DNA of 64,000 nt from Eledone cirrhosa (taxonomy: Eukaryota). Below the pieces are notes generated by a model. The model was not told the DNA's origin, did not search any database, and saw nothing but the letters and a program-made list of their open reading frames with translations. Numbering within the stretch: position 1 is the first letter of the stretch; each line of letters starts with the position of its first letter. Both the position numbers and the translations under genes were made by a program. The DNA lies in NCBI GenBank assembly GCA_964016885.1, contig CAXHJY010001128.1, positions 1-64,000 of the forward strand, given 5' to 3'. Below are positions 55,381 through 64,000 of the stretch, one piece after another.

Positions 55381-57220
55381 CATTTGTATTATTCAAACTG
55401 ATCATCTGTTTGTACTGGTTCAACCTGAATAAAAGCCATCTGGAATTTGAGCCTCTATTTCCTGTGTAGTTTTTTTTTGGTCAATGTAGATTGGCATTAT
55501 CTTGTTTGAAGTCATTTTTCTAAATAAATTCATGGAATGTTACCAAGTTATCTCTTACACACAGACATATAGAATTTCATAATCACAATTACTACACATT
55601 TCATCATCATTAACTCTTAACATCTTATAATGGCTTAGCAAAAAATATCTAAAACTTTACGAGTGTACAGTGGTTGTGGAGTCAGGGATAACATTTTAGC
55701 TGGGGTTCATATGGCTAGAAATGGAGACAAGGACTAACATTCACCTGAGGCTGGGAATAGATACAGATAACATTGTAACTGGGGCTTCATGTGGTTGGAA
55801 ATAGGGATAAGGATAAAATATAGCCAGGGCCTCGTGTGGCTGGATGTTGAGACGGATAATGTATAGCTGAGGTTCTGGGACTTGGTGGTAATTGATTAAT
55901 AGATTAGATGGATCATGTGTGCAATGAAGATGTTTCAGAATATTTTTGTTATAAAGTAAACAAGAAATTGATTGTAAACAAATGTCATATAAAGGAAATA
56001 CAAGCATTATCAAAAGCCAACAACTGTTCAGGAGTAAAACAATTCAGGTGTTAAAGTAAGAAATAGCACATACTTTGAGTTTGTCTAGCTTAAGAAATCA
56101 GAAAAAACATATTTATCTTCACATGAAATTGTGATATTTGTGTATTGTGTACTAAAACCTGCTTAATCTTGCTTTATTGACAGTAATTGACTTTAGTGTC
56201 AAAAATCAATTAGAGAAGTCAGTTACAGAATATCACAGTTAATGGCAAAGAAATTGTACTAAATGGGAGATATTTGGCATAAAAAAAATCTTTATAAGGT
56301 ATTTAGGTATGAAATGTCTTTATAAAACTTAACAGAAACAGAAAGAGCTCAATGAGAGTGAAATATTTTGTCACTGGAAGATAAATTCTTTTAGTCACAA
56401 GACTATATATATAATATATCATCATCGTTTGTCTATCTTCCATGCTATTACGGGTTAGATGGGTTTGTTCCATTAGAGGCAAGTTGGGTCGGGTAACCAT
56501 ATCTCGCTCATATAGGACTGTTTCAGGCTGGATGCTTTACAGTTTTATGAGTACATTTTCTTTTTCTTATATAAAAAGATGTACTCATAAAACTGTCTCT
56601 CTTATCCATGATATTGAAACTCGGGTTGATACCATACTGAGAAAATCCTAAGGAATACAAATCATAGTGCTTTAGGTCTGTTTACAAAGAAAAATTGGCG
56701 GATTATATGATCAACAAACTTTCATTAATTGAATATATATATACACACACCTGTAAATAAGAAAGTTATTGCTCCAACCAGTTTACTCATCCTCAACAAC
56801 TACCCCCCCCCCCCCCCTCTCTTACTCTTTCTAGCTATCTCTCTCTGTATGTATGTATGTATGTATGTATGTATGTATATATATATATATATATATATGT
56901 TTACACACACCTAAATGTAAATATTCATAGAACAAAGTAACTATTGAATGCCCTATACATAAACAATACACTTAAAACAAAGCCAACAATAAACAAAACA
57001 TCAAGTGGATAAGACCAGATACTTCCAAACTCGTAACTAATACATACATACACACACATATATATATATAGAGCCCTCTAGCTTTAGGTTGCTCAACTAA
57101 GACTCCATCCCAAGCGTAAGTTGCTTGTGTATTTTTTCTTATTTTTGATTACTTTAATTGGAACTACCTGTTGGTCGTTCTGTATTTTTGTTTAATATTC
57201 TCTGTCCCTTTCTCTTTCCT

Positions 57221-57265
<45 letters not shown>

Positions 57266-57985
57266 CATGTACGTATGTGTTTCAGGAAATGAGGCGTAAA
57301 GGTCTGACTTCACTACAACTAGAAACCTTGCTCAGAATATAGACACCATAAACAGGGATAGAATTAGAAAACTACATAGATCTAATAATATTGGTAGCTT
57401 AGAACAAAGGTTCTCAACCCATTTCGGCAAAACTTTTGCCCCTCGAAATCACGAGCCCCCCCCCCCCCCCCATTTTTCCATTTTTCAATATACTAAGTTA
57501 TGTTAGAATCTTTAAAAAATACTTGTACAAATTAAATACAAAAAAGTTTGTCAAAAATAAAAGCAAGCTATTTCAAATTATATATTTAAAAAAAAAAAAA
57601 AATTTGATCCCAGTCGAAAAAGCTTTTTTTTTTTTTTTAAAATTATATATTTCACTGATAGCTGTTGTAATATTTTGAGTGGATAGACAATTCTACAATT
57701 CAAACTGTAAAGTCAAAATACAAAAAAGATGCAAAATATGAAGAATTTCTTACCTTTCTATGAAATCACAAACTCGGGGAAAATAGTACCTGGCAAAATA
57801 AAATACCTCGTAGCAAAATGAAATACTTAGCAACGAATGAATTGAGAAGCTTGGTGACAGTGAGAAATCCCTTATTTATATATATATATACATACAATCT
57901 TTGCTTTTCTCTTCGATAATTCTAGCGTATTTTTCAAAACAAATCTTGTATTATTGTTTTATGCTTATTAAATTATGCCCAAAAT

Positions 57986-60900
57986 ATGGGGATCTTAACC
58001 TTCTCGCTAACTACCCAATATCCCTCCCACCCGCCCCCACGCACCACCATTATAACGTGGGCCAATCATAAGTCAGAGGCCTATGCTATCGCTTACCTGA
58101 TTGCCTTTCATGATGGATAGACTACGGAATTCTGGAGAGTTTGAAAAGAAAAAATTTGGACACTCAGTGACAATGCCAAAGATAAAGACAAATTCACCTC
58201 ATGGACGAGAATGCAAGGACTCCTCCTCTTTGTTTCGGCCGCGGATGGCTAACATACCCCCCCCCCCCCCTGCACCCCACCGCTCCCACCCTCCAAACGC
58301 AATCCAAAACTTCAGAGTTGGTACCATGAATGTAGGCACCTTAAAGGGTCGCTCTAACGAGGTTGTAGAAATGCTTGAACGTAAGGAGGTCGATGTCTGT
58401 TGTATTCAAGAGACCAGGTGGAGGGGAGGGTCTGCTAGATTCATCGTGGGTAAAGAACGATGCTATAAGCTTTTCTGGGTGGGAAATGACAATGGGCTGG
58501 GTGGAGTAGGAATCATGGTAGCAGAAAAGTGGGCAGATAAGATAATAGACGTAAATAGAGTGAACGACAGAATAATGAAAATAAGACTTGTCCTCAATAG
58601 AACTACTGTGACAGTAATATCTGCGTACGCACCCCAATCCAGACTGCCCGGCACTATAAAAGACAGATTCTATGAGACACTGATGCTCACTACCTCCCAA
58701 ATAACTGACAGTGACTATATAATTATTGCTGGCGACCTAAATGGTCACGTTGGACAACATTGTGACAGCTATGATGGAATCCATGGAGGCTATGGGTTTG
58801 GTACTAGAAATGAGGAAGGCTCCAGAATCCTGGAATTCTGTGACGCAAATAACCTAACTATCTGTAACACTAACTTCAAAAAACGAGACAATCACTTGAT
58901 CACCTATGGATCGGGGAACACACAAGCCAGGTAGATTATATCCTTACCAGGAGACGTGACAGAGTGTCTGTCGTAAACACTAAATCCCTCCCTCATGAAG
59001 AATGCACCTCTCAACATACTCATAATTAGCGACCTCATAGTCAGGACAAGACGTATTCGACAACAGAAGAGGACTATCCTCAGGAGAAAATTATGGAAAT
59101 TAAGGGAGCCCGCAGCCAGTAATAAATTTAAAAGCATATTACTTGATGCTTTTGATAGTAAGGAAGAGCAATTAGTCGTACAATATAGAGGAACAGTGGG
59201 AATTCCTGAAAGCTATCCTGCTGAAGGCGACAGATGAAACCTATGGCTGGAGCAGGCCTATAGGCAGGAGGAGAGTAACTTGGTGGTGGAACATTAAGGT
59301 GGAGAGGTCAATCAAGGCCAAAAAGCAGGCTTGGAAAGCATGGCGAGATGGGGGAAGTAGAGAAGACTATCAAGTGGCCAGGAGGGAAGCTAGGAGACAA
59401 GTGTACTTCGCAAGAAGGGAAGCAGAGGAAAGAAAGTTCAAGCATGTTCTACAACGCGAGGACCAAAAACGTGAGGTGTTCAGGATTGCTAGGCAATGTG
59501 TCAAGGAAAGCAGTGATATTGTCGGGGAGAAGTGTGTCCTTAATGATGATGGTGTACTTGCCATCACTGACACTGATAAGAAGGTAGCTTGGAAGTGTCA
59601 CTACGAAAGGCTACTAAATGAGGAGAATAATTGGGAGAAAGACAGTCTCCCTCACATCAACCCAATAGAGGGACCAGCAGTGTAAGTTGAAGGTAGTATA
59701 ATAAGTAAGGCGATCAAAGACATGAAGACGGGCAAGGCGGCCGGGCCTTCGGAAATAGTTGCCAAAATGCTGAAAGCATCTGGAACGGTGGGACACACTA
59801 TGGTCACCCAGATAGTAAACCAAGTCATACAGAATGGGGTCGTTCTGAAGGACTGGCACAGCAGCATCATCATTAACTGCTACAAGGGTAAAGGTGAAGC
59901 CCTAGATAGGGGAAACTATAGAGGCATTAAATTAATTGACCAGGTCATGAAGGTTGCAGAAAAAGTAATAGCGCAACTAATCAGAGAGCGAATTGATCTA
60001 GATGAAATGCAGTTCGGGTTTGTGTCAGGTAAAAGTACAACAGACGCTCTTTTCATTGTACGACAACTACAGGAGAAGTACCTAGCTAAAAGTAAATCCC
60101 TATACTTAGCTTTTGTTGACTTGGAGAAAGCCTTCGACAGAGTCCCCCGTTCCATTATCTGGTGGGCTCTTAGAAAACTAGGTGTTGATGAATGGCTTGT
60201 GAGAGCTATACAAGTCATGTATAAAGAAACAGTCAGCAAGGTTAGAATTAACAAAGAATATAGTGAAGAGTTTAGCGTAAAAGTTGTTCATCAGGGCTCC
60301 GTCCTTAGCCCCCTACTATTTATTATTGCCCTTCAGGCGATAACAGAGGAGTTCAAAACCGGCTGCCCATGGGAACTCCTATATGCAGATGATCTAATGC
60401 TCATAGCTGAATCAATGGCTGAATTAGAGAAGAAATTCCAAACATGAAAGCATGGCCTAGAATCAAAAGGCCTTAAAGTTAACTTGTCTAAGACTAAAGT
60501 TCTAGTTTGTAGGAAGGAAAATAAGGCACCGGTCCCATCTGGGAAATGGCCATGCTCAGTGTGTAGGAAAGGAATAGGTAGAAACTCCATTTTATGTCCC
60601 AAATGCAAAGATGTAGTGGGATCACAGGTAAGCTAACTAAGAATATAGATTTTATATGTGGCTGGTGCTCTGGTGCAATAAGTAGCAACAAGTGCCCACA
60701 GAATACTAACTCATTCTATTGCACAGATGGTTCTATAGAAATAGTGGACAGCTTCCGTTACCTGGGTGACAAAATCAGCAGTGGGGGAGGGTGCTCTGAA
60801 AGTACAGTAGCTAGAGTCAGAACGGGATGGAAAAAGTTCAGAGAGCTTATACCACTATTGGTCGCTAAAGGGTTTCTCTAAAAATGAAAGGCAGGCTGTA

Positions 60901-61701
60901 TGATGCCTGCATACGAACAGCAATGTTACATGGCAGTGAGACCTGGGCATTGTGTGCAGAGGATATACGCAGACTGGAGAGAAACGAAGCTTGCATGCTC
61001 CGCTGGATGTGTAATAGTAATATACGTGAACGGCAAAGCATAAACGAACTAAGGGAGAAATTAGGAATAAGAGGGATCAGATGTTGTTTACTCGAGAGAA
61101 GACTACGTTGGTATGGTCACGTGATGCGCATGAAAGACGACAGCTGTATAAAAAAGTGCAGGGCAATAAAAATAGACGGTAGCCACGAAGTAGGCAGACC
61201 CAGAAAAACCTGGGATGACTTGATAAATTCCGACCTCACACACTTACACCTCTCCAAGACAATGTCACTGGACCGAGATCCTTGGCGCTACACAGTAATA
61301 GAGAAGACGCGCCTTACCTAAGTGCAAAGTGAAACCTACTACAGTCAGGAGGCACCTCTAACAAAATACACCCCCGTCCCACTACCCCCACCCCATCCAC
61401 ACCACCCCTTTCAATGTAAAGTTGTTGGTACCACAACATCCAGCCCGAAACAAATGAGGTCGTGTAGGTGTCAAGACAAAAAAACACAGTCCACGCTGTA
61501 ATGTGGCCGTGTAGGTAACACGGTAAAAACCTCCCAGTCCACACTGTAAATGTGGTTGGTGTTAGGAAGGGCATCCAGCCGTAGAAAACCTGCCAGACAG
61601 TCCTATGCCTCAACCACTCTTGCTTCAGGTGGGAAAACTCCCGTCCAAACCCATGCAAGCGTGGAATATGGACGTTAAACGATGATGATGATGATGATGA
61701 T
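57986..61701 (+). mobile_element. Near full-length RTE LINE (family B), disabled; 5' boundary approximate
   Basis: APE in 58101..58934 (GTMNVGTL, QETRW, YAPQ, GDLNGH); RT in 59722..60447 (YADD 60382-60393); C-terminus 60884..61321; several frameshifts and stops; 3' UTR and (GAT)n tail 61681-61701. Confidence 0.96.
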
Positions 61702-61737
61702 CTATACATTTATATATATATATTTATATATATATGT

Positions 61738-62101
61738 ATATACGATATTAATAAATGGAAACTATATTTATAAAACCATATTTATTTCATTATACATATT
61801 TCAGGGATACCAAATTAAAATATGGTATGCCTTCATCAGACATAATACAATATATAAACAGTTTTATAAATAATTTTGACGTTCCCTATTAAATGCAACC
61901 ATTATTTTTGGAAGCTGTCTGGATAGTGAAATGTTTATATTATTTTATTAGTTATATTGTTAAGCACAATTAGAAAAAGACGGAGCGAAAAAACGGAGAG
62001 AGAGAAGGAGAGAGAAAGAAGGTATTTGGTATCCCTGAAATATGTATAATGAAATAAATATGGTTTTATAAATATAGTTTCCATTTATTAATATCGTATA
62101 T
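61738..62101. repeat. Perfect 78-bp inverted repeat with a 208-bp spacer (Penelope-like inverted pseudo-LTR arrangement)
   Basis: 61738-61815 is the exact reverse complement of 62024-62101. Confidence 0.93.
61784..61850 (-). ncRNA. Minimal type I hammerhead ribozyme-like motif
   Basis: Minus strand reads UAUUAUGU-CUGAUGA-AGGCAUACCA(UAUUUUAAUU)UGGUAUCCCU-GAAAU AUGU AUA^AUGAAAUAAA; perfect core and 9/10-bp stem II, but weak stem I. Confidence 0.65.
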
Positions 62102-62185
62102 CTACTCCAAAAACTTGTCGAGTGCTTTATATCAGTTATAAAATATTTACTTGTTGTATCCCAACAATTTTAAATAGAACTTTTG

Positions 62186-62307
62186 CATATATATGTATAT
62201 ATATATATATGTATTTATATATATATTTATATATATATATATATGTATTTTTATATATATATTTATATATATATATATATGTATTTATATATATGTATTT
62301 ATATATA

Positions 62308-62377
<70 letters not shown>

Positions 62378-62571
62378 GGAACAAGTAAGATTGGGTAATA
62401 GGAACAAGTAAGACCCCGACGGTTGAGCTCAAGCCGTCGGGGTCTTGTTCCTATTACCCACTCTACTACACTAAGTATTGAGTACTTTGGAGCGTTATGG
62501 TCCACCTGGTTCCTTACTACATTTCCTTCGTTATATATTTATATATATATATATATATATATTTTTATATA

Positions 62572-62612
<41 letters not shown>
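62186..62612. repeat. (TA)n/(TTTA) tracts flanking a ~155-bp island (62378-62531) that contains a long hairpin
   Basis: Direct sequence. Confidence 0.9.
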
Positions 62613-62613
<1 letters not shown>

Positions 62614-63134
62614 GATATAAATACGGCTCCTTAATTGGAGAGCTATTTCTGTTGAAGGGAATTTGACTGCTATTTCTAGTTGTCGAAAACCTATTCACGC
62701 CACTGAAATGAAGCTGCTGTGATGTGTAGAGGCAACACGTGGTAGCGGATAGTTGAAGATTTGAACTCGCTGTGTGAGCATGGATCGCTGGACATTATTC
62801 TTCCTTGTTGACAATCCAATAATATCCACTTTCCGTGACTTACCATCTGATTAATTGGTGAAATATATTTCTTTAATGGGATATATACAGGGAAGATTAA
62901 TCATACTTAAAGGTATATGTTTATTTGTACCCAACTAGCCATGCGTGGTTACACGCTTGTAAAAATTATCTCCTGTGATTATCCATGTATATATATGTTA
63001 ATAAATTTCTAGTTATTATAAAATGCTCGGACATATCTTTGACCTTATTTCCATGCGATATGGCGCACGCCGTTATGGCACGACACCCACAATTTCGATT
63101 TAGATTAAATTCATTTAATTTATCTTAATTTTGG

Positions 63135-63185
63135 ATATAGATATATATATATTTATATATATATATATTTATATATATATATATT

Positions 63186-63218
<33 letters not shown>

Positions 63219-63311
63219 ATATATTTATTTATATATATATATTTATTTATATATATATTTATATTTATATATATATATTTATATATATATATATTTATAT
63301 ATATATATATT

Positions 63312-63368
<57 letters not shown>

Positions 63369-63369
63369 T

Positions 63370-63400
<31 letters not shown>

Positions 63401-63447
63401 ATATTTATATATATTTATATATATATATATTTATATTTATATATATT

Positions 63448-63478
<31 letters not shown>

Positions 63479-63567
63479 ATTTATATATTTATATATATAT
63501 ATTTATATATTTATATATATATTTATATATATATTTATATATATATTTATATATATATTTATATATA

Positions 63568-63612
<45 letters not shown>

Positions 63613-64000
63613 ATATTTATATATATATATATTTATATATATATATATTTATATTTATATATATATTTATATATATATATATTTATATATATATATATTT
63701 ATATATATATATATATATATTTATATATTTATATATATATATATATATATTTATATATTTATATATATATATATATATATTTATATATTTATATATATAT
63801 ATATATATATTTATATATTTATATTTATATATATTTATATATATATATATTTATATATATATTTATATATATATATATTTATATATATATATATTTATAT
63901 ATATATATTTATATATATTTATATATATATATATTTATATATATATATTTATATATATATATTTATATATATATATATTTATATATATATATTTATATAT
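63135..64000. repeat. A/T-only (TA)n microsatellite with TTTA interruptions, running to the window end
   Basis: No G or C after ~63140. Confidence 0.98.

Noticed and set aside
35302-57678. Many 60-130 aa ORFs in the AT-rich region
   Set aside because: They overlap decayed repeats or homopolymer runs, show no domain motifs, and their lengths are compatible with chance
57407-57853. hAT-like element starting CAAAGGTTCTCAAC (similar motif at 38231)
   Set aside because: The right-hand TIR match is poor and no 8-bp TSD was found

Overview
Eukaryotic, AT-rich, repeat-dominated DNA with no recognisable host gene. The SINE families and huge (TA/TG) microsatellites suggest a cephalopod, probably Octopus (inference from recalled repeat sequences). 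About 1-28.3 kb is a strand-polarised alternating purine-pyrimidine array (TATA/TATG/TGTG); it produces all the long I/Y/C/V/M 'ORFs', which are artefacts. The array is interrupted by 5'-truncated RTE LINE tails, and a ~4.2-kb block of it is present twice. From 27 to 62 kb there is a nested transposon landscape: two long RTE LINEs (APE+RT; ~31.8-34.7 kb and ~58.0-61.7 kb), an RTE lineage with tandem C2H2 fingers plus a deletion derivative, tRNA-like SINEs, TTAA/CCC piggyBac-type MITEs, a non-autonomous Helitron and a composite TIR element. The most notable observations are two minus-strand minimal type I hammerhead ribozyme folds (34903-34966 and ~61784-61850). The second lies in a perfect 78-bp inverted-repeat cassette between TA tracts, which points to a non-coding Penelope-like/retrozyme system associated with the microsatellites. 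All alignments and folds were done by eye, so coordinates of degenerate elements are approximate.
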